From contig DAHXKG010000008.1 in assembly GCA_027366525.1 (NCBI GenBank), positions 26,556-90,555 of the forward strand: a stretch of 64,000 nucleotides of DNA. The letters are read 5' to 3'. The notes beneath the pieces were generated by a model, which was not told the origin of the DNA, ran no database searches, and was given only the letters and a program-made list of their open reading frames with translations. The stretch comes from a candidate division FCPU426 bacterium. GTDB taxonomy: Bacteria > Oederibacteriota > Muellerivitia > Muellerivitales > DAHXKG01. This document shows positions 47,776-57,344 of this stretch, one piece after another (within the stretch, counting starts at the first letter, position 1; the number at the start of each line of letters is the position of its first letter). The translations under genes were made by a program, and so were the position numbers.

Positions 47776-49226
47776 TTTGAAAGATCCTTTTGATATGAAA
47801 AAATAAGTTGAAAAATGGCTCCACCTTCTGGTCGATTTAGTACATGGATAATGCCTTTGTGAGCACGGATTACTTTATCAACAAAAGCTAGTCCAAGTCC
47901 AGTCCCGGAAGATTTGGTACTAAAAAAGGGTTTAAATAAATTGGGACGTATGGCATTAGAAATTCCAGGCCCAGTATCTTCAACACTTAAAATGGCCTGT
48001 GAATTTTCTGATTGTAATCGCAAAGTCAACGTTCCGCCGGTGGGCATTGCTTGAAGTGCATTAATTCCTAGATTTAATAAGCCGCTGCTGACAAGCGTCG
48101 TGTCAACAAGAAGGGGAGCACAAGGTTCAATAGCAGTGATGATCGCCACATTTTGTTTTTGAGAGAGTTGGAGTAATGTCTCTTTGAGATTGAGTATTAA
48201 TTCATTTAAATTAACAAGCTTAAGTTGTAATTGAAGGGGACGGCTATATTCTAAAAATTGGGTTACTAAACTATTTAAAGCTTGAACTTGATTTTGAATT
48301 TTATGAGCTGCCATAGCAAGATCAGGAAGTGTTTCAATTTTTTTTTCAATCCACTCGGCTTGTCCACGAATAACACTTAATGGATTTCTTACTTCGTGTG
48401 CAATCCCAGCCGCAATTTCTTTTAAATCTTGAGCAAGGCGTTCTAATTCGGATTCTCGATTTTGAATGCGTGCAGACATAATATCGAGCGAGTGTATCAA
48501 GGTGCCCAGTTCGTCAATACGAGTAGTTTTAATTGAGGGGGGATAGTTGCCAGCAGCAATGGAGTGAGCGAGATGGGTAATCTCCTCAACCGGCTTTAAT
48601 ACCGTTTGCGCAATAAAAGTGTTAAGAAAAGTAATAATAATAAGTCCAATAATACCAAATAGGAAATAGATATTTCTAAATTGACGAAGGCTATCCAAAT
48701 AACGTGGATTTGCATCGACCTGTAGAATCCAGTGATGGATTTTTAATGGAATAAAAGCAGATTGGTGAAGTAATCCAAAACTACCCCGATGAATTGGAAG
48801 GCAAATAGCATGCCCATGTCTGAGTTGGGTCAGTGTTTGGTCATTTAAAACGTCACTTTTAAATCCTTCAATCGCTTCTCCGGTAGAGTCCTTTAAGACA
48901 ATTCCATGGGAATTTAAGATTAAAATATTTTCAAAAACTCCAGCTTTTAAAAGGGCTTTCAATTGTTTGGAAAAATGACGAACAGTTGGAGATGTATTTA
49001 AAACATCAGGTTGTAAATAGGGGGGTAATTGAGGAGAAATGCTTTGAGCAACAAGCCGACCCGCAGCAAGTAGCTGATTTCCCATTTTGGTTTCTAGCGT
49101 AGTTACGATCATGCGATAAATAACGATACCCGTAATTAGCGAAAATAATAACCAAAGTGAGGCATAGAGTAGAAGTAATTTGGTTTTGAAGGATTGTCTT
49201 AATCGTTGGATTAGGGACATGAACAA
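47772..49226 (-). CDS. membrane-bound sensor histidine kinase (two TM helices flanking a ~150-aa periplasmic domain, HAMP, HisKA, HATPase)
   Basis: H-box AAGIAHEVRNPLSVIRG. G-box GTGLGLAFV. TM helices LLLLYASLWLLFSLITGIVIY and IYFLFGIIGLIIITFL. Its stop overlaps the response-regulator start. Confidence 0.85.
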   Translation of the reverse strand: MFMSLIQRLRQSFKTKLLLLYASLWLLFSLITGIVIYRMIVTTLETKMGNQLLAAGRLVAQSISPQLPPYLQPDVLNTSPTVRHFSKQLKALLKAGVFENILILNSHGIVLKDSTGEAIEGFKSDVLNDQTLTQLRHGHAICLPIHRGSFGLLHQSAFIPLKIHHWILQVDANPRYLDSLRQFRNIYFLFGIIGLIIITFLNTFIAQTVLKPVEEITHLAHSIAAGNYPPSIKTTRIDELGTLIHSLDIMSARIQNRESELERLAQDLKEIAAGIAHEVRNPLSVIRGQAEWIEKKIETLPDLAMAAHKIQNQVQALNSLVTQFLEYSRPLQLQLKLVNLNELILNLKETLLQLSQKQNVAIITAIEPCAPLLVDTTLVSSGLLNLGINALQAMPTGGTLTLRLQSENSQAILSVEDTGPGISNAIRPNLFKPFFSTKSSGTGLGLAFVDKVIRAHKGIIHVLNRPEGGAIFQLIFSYQKDLSK

Positions 49227-49677
49227 GAACCTTTTTAAATGAGTCCCACTTAAATTTTATTGAGATTTCCAGTTGCCAATCTATACTCTATATGTTGAAA
49301 CAATTATTTTAAGTTTATATGGACTAAAACAACTTGTCAAGCTGTTGCACAGACACGCGATTGAATTCACAAGTTTTTAAAAATCGCATTGAAATTCGAT
49401 TACAAAAATGTCATAAGCATGGATTCGAATTTTTATCATTTGAAATGCTTAAAAATTTTAGATGTATATAAGGATACGATGTTGATGATTCAATGGAATC
49501 GATTCCAGACGGAGGATGAAAAATTTCCACTTCAGTATTATTTTGAGAGTAAAGCTGAGATGTTAAATCATAGCGGATAGGCAAACGTAAACGTTCAGGA
49601 TGCAAAAGATAGTCACCAAGGCATTGCCGGCATGGATAAAAAACAACGTACCTTAGAGTGTTACGGTACGATTGGAG

Positions 49678-50175
49678 CTATTCACTCAAGTTTAACAAGG
49701 GTAAACTAAATTGACTTAGAATATCATGCTTTTGATTGGACGAAATAATTCGATCAAGTTCGGGGAATAAGAAGTGATCTTCCCGTACGGAATGATGTTC
49801 AATCAGCTCTCGACATCGATATTCAATATCGAGGACATTCAAGGTATTTTGATCATGAACGTTAAATTGCAACCACGAATTTAAGAGCCCATTTATTTTA
49901 TCGAGAAATTGAAGGATTTTTTGGTGTTCACCTAAAAAAATTTTCACGGATCCACCTCGAATAGATTTCCCAATTTCTTCATAAAGAGGAAAAAGCCATT
50001 CTTCTTCTTCTGCAATATGCTTTTTGATAAATGCAAAATACGCATTAAAAAAATTCAAGGCTTGAGTGCGATTCCCATTGAGAACACAGAGTTGGTGCTG
50101 ATAAAAAATATTTTCCATATGAATATGGATAATATTTAAATCTTGAAAGCTTTTGAAAATACATTCTTTGGACAT
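49678..50175 (-). CDS. hemerythrin-like (HHE cation-binding) domain protein
   Basis: Repeated H..E...LFP motifs (HIAEEEEWLFPLYEE and EHHSVREDHFLFPELD). Confidence 0.55.
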   Translation of the reverse strand: MSKECIFKSFQDLNIIHIHMENIFYQHQLCVLNGNRTQALNFFNAYFAFIKKHIAEEEEWLFPLYEEIGKSIRGGSVKIFLGEHQKILQFLDKINGLLNSWLQFNVHDQNTLNVLDIEYRCRELIEHHSVREDHFLFPELDRIISSNQKHDILSQFSLPLLNLSE

Positions 50176-50284
50176 TAATAAAATTACCTTTCAATAAAAT
50201 AAGTCACCAACGCATGGCTAAGTTTAATAAAACAATAGGATTAATCTTTATGAGGATGATCATAAAATGGCTATTATTTTGATT

Positions 50285-51358
50285 CTATAAAATTTTGGTT
50301 TTAGAGTTTTCTTGAACTTTTTGATTGGCAATAGCGGTAGTCCATAATTGGTTTAACGCGCTCCAGAGACTTTTTTGGTTGGCTTGAAAATAAAAATGAT
50401 CTTTCGGGAGTTTTTGAGTTAAGCGTTCATGGGCTTTCCGGAGTTGATGATAAGGCATGTTTGAAAAAAGATGATGAGTGGCGTGAAATCGTAAACCGAC
50501 GGGTGCCCAAAGGGAAGTTAGTGCGCCACCGGGAATATTCACGGAATCTAAAAATTGCTGAATAAAGTTTAAGGAACGATTAGGAGGATTAAGATAGCGA
50601 TGTGCAGCTAAAGTTCGAATGGCATTCAGAAGTAAAATCATAGTGGCAGTGCAATACCAGAGAATAAGAACCTTAAAGGGTAAAATGTGGAAAATAACCA
50701 ATAAAACAGCTGTAATGGCATACGCAAAAGTTAAAAACTCTTGAATCCACCAAATGTGTTGTTGTTCAAGCGAGGCTAACGGACGCTGATAGCCTGATCC
50801 AACTGCTAAGGAAGATGCAAATTCCCAGAGTGGTTTTCTTAAGGATGGAATTAAATAGGAAAGTGGTGTTGCTACGAGAAATCGAATAATAAATAAGATG
50901 GGGGCAAGGAACATTAAGCTAATAAACTTAAGAATCTTGGTAGGGTTTTCTAAAGCAAATGGAGCATATTCTTTATCATCTTTGGTTCCATAATATTTGA
51001 GTTTATGATGATCTAAATGAACACTCATGTATAAGAATGAAGGAACCAAAAGCGGGAATCCGCATAGAAGGTTCCAGACGATATGAAACCAACGAAAGGT
51101 TCCTTTTTTTAAGTGAGTTAATTCATGAACAAAAATAACGGCACGATAAAGAGCAAGACTTGCAATAAGAAAAGTTAGAATCGAGATCCATGAAAATTTC
51201 ATATACACGGTGAAACTAAATGCGCCCCAGCCAATCAAAATGCTTCCAAGAAAATCAAGCCAGTATATTTGAGGGCTAGGTGTAAAAAGGTCATGAACGA
51301 TGGATTTTAGATGAGGAAGATGGGAAGTGGAACGATCATGAGTAATGGCAGTAGCCAT
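50285..51358 (-). CDS. membrane fatty-acid desaturase family protein
   Basis: Three histidine boxes (HELTH, HLDHH, HATHHLF) in a polytopic membrane protein. Confidence 0.65.
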   Translation of the reverse strand: MATAITHDRSTSHLPHLKSIVHDLFTPSPQIYWLDFLGSILIGWGAFSFTVYMKFSWISILTFLIASLALYRAVIFVHELTHLKKGTFRWFHIVWNLLCGFPLLVPSFLYMSVHLDHHKLKYYGTKDDKEYAPFALENPTKILKFISLMFLAPILFIIRFLVATPLSYLIPSLRKPLWEFASSLAVGSGYQRPLASLEQQHIWWIQEFLTFAYAITAVLLVIFHILPFKVLILWYCTATMILLLNAIRTLAAHRYLNPPNRSLNFIQQFLDSVNIPGGALTSLWAPVGLRFHATHHLFSNMPYHQLRKAHERLTQKLPKDHFYFQANQKSLWSALNQLWTTAIANQKVQENSKTKIL

Positions 51359-51461
51359 GCGCTAGCTTTCTTTATAACTGAGGTTTCTTAATTTTCTATA
51401 AAAAAGGTGAAGGAAGACTATGATTTTACTCATAGTCATTGAATGATTTGTCAATATGCAA

Positions 51462-52451
51462 TTATTCCGTAGAAATAGTTTTTAACGCGGACTCCGGGTA
51501 TCGCGCTCCCCCCACTGGAAATTCCGCGATTAATTTTTGTATGTGTTGTAAATCGCTTTCAGAGAGTGCAAAATGGGTCGCTTGAATATTTTCTTGCAAG
51601 TGAGCAAGTTGAGTAGTTCCCGGGATGGGAACAATATCAAGGCCTTGATGTAAAAGCCAAGCTAAGGCAATTTGAGTCGGGGTGGCATTTTTCAATGTAG
51701 CTATGGCTTTGATGGCTTCAACAAGTTTTAAGTTGTTATCAAAATTATGACCTTGAAATCGCGGATGCGTTCTCCGAAAATCATTTTCCATTAAGTCTTC
51801 TACTTTTTTGATTTTCCCAGTTAAAAAACCACGGCCAACAGGACTGTAGGCTACAAATCCGATGCCTAATTTTCGTAGCGTAGGAAGAACTTTTTTTTCA
51901 ACGTCGGTTTCCCAAAGCGAATATTCAGTTTGGAGCGCGCTTAATGGATGAACAGCATGGGCCCGGGTAATAGTCGAAGGGCCTACTTCGGATAATCCAA
52001 TATATTTAACTTTGCCTTCATGAACTAATTGAGACATCGCCTGAACGGTATCTTCAATGGGTGTTTGAGGATCTAAGCGGTGCTGGTAATATAAATCAAC
52101 ATAGGTTGTTTGTAATCGCTTTAAAGAACCCTCTAAAGCTCGGCGAATGTGTTGCGGGCTACTATTTAATAGTCGAGATCCATCCGATTTAAACTCCCAA
52201 CCAAATTTGGTGGCAAGAATGACCTTCTGACGAATGGATTTGAAAGCTTGACCTAAAAATTCCTCATTTTGAAATGGTCCATATAATTCTGCAGTATCAA
52301 AAAAAGTAATACCCAAGTCAACGGCTTGATTTAAAAATCGAACGGCCTCATTGAGCGTTATTCGGGGAGAGTATGCAAAGCTCATCCCCATGCATCCGAG
52401 ACCCATTTCACTGACTTCAAGTCCTTGTGTTCCTAATTTGCGTTTTTTCAT
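51462..52451 (-). CDS. aldo/keto reductase (Tas/YajO-like)
   Basis: N-terminus MKKRKLGTQGLEVSEMGLGCMGMSFAY and the AKR fold motifs. Confidence 0.85.
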   Translation of the reverse strand: MKKRKLGTQGLEVSEMGLGCMGMSFAYSPRITLNEAVRFLNQAVDLGITFFDTAELYGPFQNEEFLGQAFKSIRQKVILATKFGWEFKSDGSRLLNSSPQHIRRALEGSLKRLQTTYVDLYYQHRLDPQTPIEDTVQAMSQLVHEGKVKYIGLSEVGPSTITRAHAVHPLSALQTEYSLWETDVEKKVLPTLRKLGIGFVAYSPVGRGFLTGKIKKVEDLMENDFRRTHPRFQGHNFDNNLKLVEAIKAIATLKNATPTQIALAWLLHQGLDIVPIPGTTQLAHLQENIQATHFALSESDLQHIQKLIAEFPVGGARYPESALKTISTE

Positions 52452-52476
52452 CGGTCATTCTCCAAATTATTTAAAT

Positions 52477-55251
52477 TCATGTTAATTTTGCTGAAGTGTT
52501 CAAGAAAAGACAAGCCTTTAGGAAATTATTTTCTTGAGAATAGGCAAGTTCAAATCCAAGTTTCCGAACTAGGTTTTGCATTTTTATATTTTCAGGTAAA
52601 ATATGCCCAACAATAGTTTCTAATCCTTCTTGTTTCCCAATCATAATTAATTGTTGTAGTAACTCAAATCCAACGCCTTGATTTTGCCAGGCATCACTGA
52701 CAACAACGGAAAATTCACGTTCGAATGGCTTAGCAGAACGGCTAAGACGAGCCACCCCTAAAATAAAGTCTTCTTTCTGTGCATTACAATAGTGAGCTAC
52801 TAAGGCCATTTCTCGAGCATAATCAATAAAACAAAGACGTAATAAACGATCATGGGCAATGCGTTGATTCAAGTTTAATGCTTTAAAATATCGTTGATAA
52901 ACACTTTGTTCTGATAGTTCTTTGTGAAATTTGATTAAAAGGGGCTCGTCTTCAGGACTGATAGGACGAATGGTAATTAACTGATTGGTTTTGGAGTGAA
53001 TGGATTTTAAATATTGAATAGGATAAGGACGAATGGCAGGCTTGGGCAGTAATTTAGGATCTAAAGTCAATGGATGTAAAACCATTCGAGCATCTAGGGA
53101 TAAAATTTGATCGGGCGAAGCTAAGAGCGGGTTAATATCGACTTCTTTTAATAAGGGTTGCTCTACAATCATCTGGCAGAATCGAACAATAAGTTTTTCC
53201 AATGCTTCCATGGGAATAGGTGCTCTTCCTCGGACGCCTTTAAGGGCCGAGTGAATTTTAGTTTGTTCAATCATATTTCGCGCAAGAACGGTATTTAGCG
53301 GTGGAATTTCTAATGTAGTATCTTTAAAAACTTCAACTAATTGCCCGCCAAGTCCAAAAAGGACAATGGGCCCAAATTGCGGATCAAGACTGCTTCCTAA
53401 AATTAATTCGTAACCTTCTGTACGGATCATCGGTTGAACGGTCACTCCTTGGAAATGGGAGGCCCCAGCTTTTTGAGTAACAGTAGTTTTAATTAAGACA
53501 AAAGCTTGTTCAACGGCTTCAGGCGTTTTCAAGTTTAATTGCACGCCTCCAACATCGGTTTTATGTGAAAGAGTGGTTGAATTAAGCTTAAGAACAACAG
53601 GGAACCCAATTTGGCGTGCCGCTTGAACGGCTTCTTCAGGACTATTGGCAAGCAGGGAAGGAGTCACCGGAATGCCATAAAGACTTAAAATTTCTTTAGA
53701 CTCTTGCTCAGTTAAAAGAGTCCGATTTTCTTTCTGAATTTTTAAGAGCTTTTGAGAAACTTTTTCATAGCTCAGGCGAGAATTATTTTCTTGTATAGAA
53801 ATAGGTGTTTCATAAAGTCGGGATAGATTAAATTGATATTTCCACATGTAATTAAAAAGGTGAACGGCAGTGTCTGGATAGGAATAAGTGGGAATACCGG
53901 ATTGATTCAGAAATTGAATAATGGGATCAATTTCTAATCCACCCATAAAACTCGCAATGAGGGGTTTGGAAGGGTGTGACAGCGTCGATAATTTTTCAGC
54001 AACCTCTTTGGGATGTGTCATGGCTTGGGGGGTTAAAACGACTAAAACGCCATCAGTACTTTCACAATCAAGGGCAGTTTGAACTGCCTTAAGATATAGT
54101 TCAGGCGTTGCATCGCCTAAAATATCGATGGGATTGGAATGACTCCAATGGGGGGAAAGAAATTGGTTGAATTTATCTAAGGTTTGTTCAGAAAGGGGGG
54201 CGAGTTCGCCTCCTTCTTGAATTAAAAGATCAGTGGCAAGTACGCCAGGACCTCCCGCATTAGTTACAATGGCCAATTTTTTACCACGGGGTCTAGGTTG
54301 TTTGGAAAGAATTTCGGCAGTGTAAAAAAGATCTTCAATTTTTTCTACGCATAGAACGCCACAGCGCCGGAAAGCCGCGCGAAGAACTGCATCGCTGACA
54401 GTGAGTGATCCTGTATGTGAGGCGGCGGCTTTAGCAGCTGCTTCTGTACGTCCAGCTTTGATCACAATAATCGGTTTAGTTAAAGCCACTTCACGTGCTG
54501 AGGAAAGGAATGAATTTGCATTTCCAATACTCTCCATATAAATAATAATACTTTTGGTGTGGGCATCGTTCCCAAGATAATCAATGAGATCTCCCCAATC
54601 CAAATCGAGCATCGATCCAATGGAAACAAAAGAGCTAAACCCAACATTGGATTTGAAGCTCCAATCTAGAATGGCGGTCCCTAAGGCCCCGCTTTGACTT
54701 AGAAAGGCTACGCTTCCGGGATTGGCTATCGTGGTGGCAAAAGTTCCATTGAATTGACTATGAGGATTCATGACTCCAAGACAATTCGGTCCAATAATGC
54801 GAAAAGATTTATTATGAATGATTGTTTTGATTCGTTTCTCTAAAAGAATACCTTCATTGCCTTGCTCTTTGAATCCAGCAGAGATAACAATGGCTCCTTG
54901 AATATTACATTGGATGCATTCTTCAATAAGTTCCGGAACGGTGCGGGCAGGCGTTACAATGATTGCTAGTTCTGTGGGGTGAGGAATTTTTTGAATGCTC
55001 GGGTAACATTTTAAACCTAAAAGCTGTGAATGTTTAGGGTTAACGGGATAAAGGCCTGAATTTTTTAATGGACTTTGAAATAAATTGGTTAGGATGGAGT
55101 TCCCAACGCTTTCGGGGCGATCCGTGGCACCGATAATTGCAACCGATTGAGGTTTGAAAAAAATATCGAGTGCATGGGGTCGGGTAAGAAGTACATCACT
55201 GGATCGGTCTGGAAAGGATGGATTTACGGAAGTGGTCATAAAGTACCTCAT
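52477..55251 (-). CDS. Pat-like bifunctional ADP-forming acyl-CoA synthetase family protein with a C-terminal GNAT acetyltransferase
   Basis: N-terminal CoA-binding region ([17 protein letters not shown]), succinyl-CoA-ligase-like and ATP-grasp regions, and a C-terminal GNAT motif [15 protein letters not shown] probable alternative start is the ATG at 55239, preceded by GAGG. Confidence 0.75.
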   Translation of the reverse strand: MRYFMTTSVNPSFPDRSSDVLLTRPHALDIFFKPQSVAIIGATDRPESVGNSILTNLFQSPLKNSGLYPVNPKHSQLLGLKCYPSIQKIPHPTELAIIVTPARTVPELIEECIQCNIQGAIVISAGFKEQGNEGILLEKRIKTIIHNKSFRIIGPNCLGVMNPHSQFNGTFATTIANPGSVAFLSQSGALGTAILDWSFKSNVGFSSFVSIGSMLDLDWGDLIDYLGNDAHTKSIIIYMESIGNANSFLSSAREVALTKPIIVIKAGRTEAAAKAAASHTGSLTVSDAVLRAAFRRCGVLCVEKIEDLFYTAEILSKQPRPRGKKLAIVTNAGGPGVLATDLLIQEGGELAPLSEQTLDKFNQFLSPHWSHSNPIDILGDATPELYLKAVQTALDCESTDGVLVVLTPQAMTHPKEVAEKLSTLSHPSKPLIASFMGGLEIDPIIQFLNQSGIPTYSYPDTAVHLFNYMWKYQFNLSRLYETPISIQENNSRLSYEKVSQKLLKIQKENRTLLTEQESKEILSLYGIPVTPSLLANSPEEAVQAARQIGFPVVLKLNSTTLSHKTDVGGVQLNLKTPEAVEQAFVLIKTTVTQKAGASHFQGVTVQPMIRTEGYELILGSSLDPQFGPIVLFGLGGQLVEVFKDTTLEIPPLNTVLARNMIEQTKIHSALKGVRGRAPIPMEALEKLIVRFCQMIVEQPLLKEVDINPLLASPDQILSLDARMVLHPLTLDPKLLPKPAIRPYPIQYLKSIHSKTNQLITIRPISPEDEPLLIKFHKELSEQSVYQRYFKALNLNQRIAHDRLLRLCFIDYAREMALVAHYCNAQKEDFILGVARLSRSAKPFEREFSVVVSDAWQNQGVGFELLQQLIMIGKQEGLETIVGHILPENIKMQNLVRKLGFELAYSQENNFLKACLFLNTSAKLT

Positions 55252-55433
55252 TCGTTTTTAGTGGATTTAATGGTGTTTTTAAACTTATAAATTAATAATG
55301 GATCAATTAAAACAAAACTATTATGATAAAGACCATGCTTTTTTGAAATAAACGTTTCTAAACTAAATCCGATGTGACGTGTAAGATTACATGCAATTAA
55401 TTTGAACTCGAATTTAATTTGAGGAGTAAATAA

Positions 55434-56126
55434 ATGCTTACCATCAATTCTATGAAAAAAAAATCAATTCCGCTACAAAGTTTTTTAATAACGCTGGATA
55501 TATTTAAAGTTCTTCCCTCAGAAGAATTAAAACAACTCGAAAATCACTCGGTTCAAAAAGAATTTCTAAAAGGATATCCGATCCTTTGGGAAGGCGATTC
55601 TGCCGACTATGTTTGGTTTGTCAAAGAAGGACATGTAAAATCTGTAGTGCATATGCCGAATGGAAAAATTTTTACCACATGCTGGCTTCAATCTAAAAGT
55701 ATGTTTGGTACCTGCTGTGATTTAAAAGGAAATCGATATGGTTGTCATGCAATTGCCGCAAGTCATGTAACGGTTGTCGGTTTTCCTCGACAAGAATTTT
55801 TAAATTTAATGGAACGATTTCCTAAAATGACACAGGCCATTGTGGGACTGCTTTCAAAAAAACTGAAAGTTTCCAAAGAACGATTGGCATTAGATCAAGA
55901 AAAGGTCGAACGAAAAATATTGCGGCTCTTAATTGAGCTTTCGGATGAATTTGGAACAACGATTCCATTAACCCGAAGGGAAATTTCGGAAATTTTAGGA
56001 GTGACAGTAGAGACGTGCATCCGCGTATTTTCAAAATTAGAGAAACAAGAATTACTGACGAGTTCTAGAGGTAAAATCCATATTATTGATTTAAGTAAGT
56101 TAAATGGTTTTTTAACAACTGTTTAA
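55434..56126 (+). CDS. Crp/Fnr-family transcriptional regulator
   Basis: cNMP-binding beta-roll followed by C-terminal HTH RREISEILGVTVETCIRVFSKLEK. Confidence 0.8.
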   Translation: MLTINSMKKKSIPLQSFLITLDIFKVLPSEELKQLENHSVQKEFLKGYPILWEGDSADYVWFVKEGHVKSVVHMPNGKIFTTCWLQSKSMFGTCCDLKGNRYGCHAIAASHVTVVGFPRQEFLNLMERFPKMTQAIVGLLSKKLKVSKERLALDQEKVERKILRLLIELSDEFGTTIPLTRREISEILGVTVETCIRVFSKLEKQELLTSSRGKIHIIDLSKLNGFLTTV

Positions 56127-56221
56127 GACAACCAGAAGCCTTAACTCAAATAAAAAATTCCTCGCAACACCACTAAAGCAACAATTGATTTTTAAAAAAT
56201 GATTATATAAAATGCCTTTCC

Positions 56222-56704
56222 ATGGGACGGACTCAATCACATGAAAGGGCCTTATTGGCGTTAGGATGTTTTTGGGGACCTGAATTTAAGTTTAGGAAAA
56301 TTCAAGGAGTAATCTCAGTCACAGTGGGATATTGTGGAGGACATGTTCCTAATCCGACCTATGAAATGGTTTGTTCAGGCCAAACCGGCCATGCCGAATC
56401 CGTTGAAGTTGTTTTCGATCCAAACATAATTGCGTATGTGCAGCTTTTGGATATTTTTTTTACCATGCATGATCCGACTACCCGAAACCGCCAAGGGCCG
56501 GATATTGGTTCACAATATCGATCCATTATTTTCTATGACAATGATTTTCAATGGGAAATCGCAGAACAAACCAAACAAAAATATGAAACAATGAAAATGT
56601 TCAAAAATGCAATTGTAACAGAAATACGGGCAGCGACCACTTTTTATCCCGCTGAAGAATATCACCAACGTTATTTGGAAAAACAGGGTAAATTTCATTG
56701 TTAA
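56222..56704 (+). CDS. msrA: peptide methionine sulfoxide reductase MsrA
   Basis: Active-site motif GCFWGPE. 160 aa. Confidence 0.9.
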   Translation: MGRTQSHERALLALGCFWGPEFKFRKIQGVISVTVGYCGGHVPNPTYEMVCSGQTGHAESVEVVFDPNIIAYVQLLDIFFTMHDPTTRNRQGPDIGSQYRSIIFYDNDFQWEIAEQTKQKYETMKMFKNAIVTEIRAATTFYPAEEYHQRYLEKQGKFHC

Positions 56705-56835
56705 ATAAGGTTTTTTGATTGGCGGAAGAGCGGAATAATTTATCATGAAAGTTTAAGTGCATCTTTTGTTGATTTTGTTTAAAATAAGCACAATGCATAA
56801 AAATTATTCAACGGATGGGAATGGTGAACTGAAAA

Positions 56836-57318
56836 ATGAAACTTAAACCATGGATAAGTCCAAAGGTCGAAGTCCGATTAAGTCCAACGGAAGGCAAAGG
56901 AGTTTTTACAAATCAAAAAATTTTATCGGGTGAAGTTGTGGGAGTATTTGGAGGTATTGTTACTCCTGAAAAAGATTTACCTGAATTGAGAAAAAAAGTT
57001 TCAGAAGACAAGCTTTGTTTAGATCATGCCATGTATATTTATCCTGGATTTTTACTTCTCCATGATTATGAGAACGGTTGTGACCCGCTTTGTTTTGTGA
57101 ATCATTCCTGTGATGCCAATGCGCAAGTAGTGAATGGTATTGTCCTAGTAGCTAAGCGTAATATCGAACTCGGAGCGGAAGTGAATTGGAACTATAAAGA
57201 AACAGATGACATCGGTGATTGGAACTATGAATTTAAGTGTAATTGCGGTTCTAAAAATTGCACTGGATTTGTTCGGGTCGGCCCGAAGTATCGTCAGGTG
57301 ATTGTCCAAACAGTATGA
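56836..57318 (+). CDS. SET-domain protein (putative protein-lysine N-methyltransferase)
   Basis: SET signature NHSCDANA..., catalytic Tyr context ELGAEVNWNY, and post-SET cysteine cluster CNCGSKNC. 160 aa. Confidence 0.7.
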   Translation: MKLKPWISPKVEVRLSPTEGKGVFTNQKILSGEVVGVFGGIVTPEKDLPELRKKVSEDKLCLDHAMYIYPGFLLLHDYENGCDPLCFVNHSCDANAQVVNGIVLVAKRNIELGAEVNWNYKETDDIGDWNYEFKCNCGSKNCTGFVRVGPKYRQVIVQTV

Positions 57319-57344
57319 AAGATTAACCACTTAGGAAGGTACGA

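Noticed and set aside
49389-49605. 63-64-aa ORFs on both strands in the long intergenic gap upstream of the kinase gene
   Set aside because: No RBS, no motifs, overlapping each other. Reported instead as a non-coding or regulatory region.
49630-49670. CGTACC-N13-GGTACG inverted repeat downstream of the hemerythrin-like gene
   Set aside because: A 6-bp stem with a 13-nt loop and no U-tract. Too weak to call a terminator.
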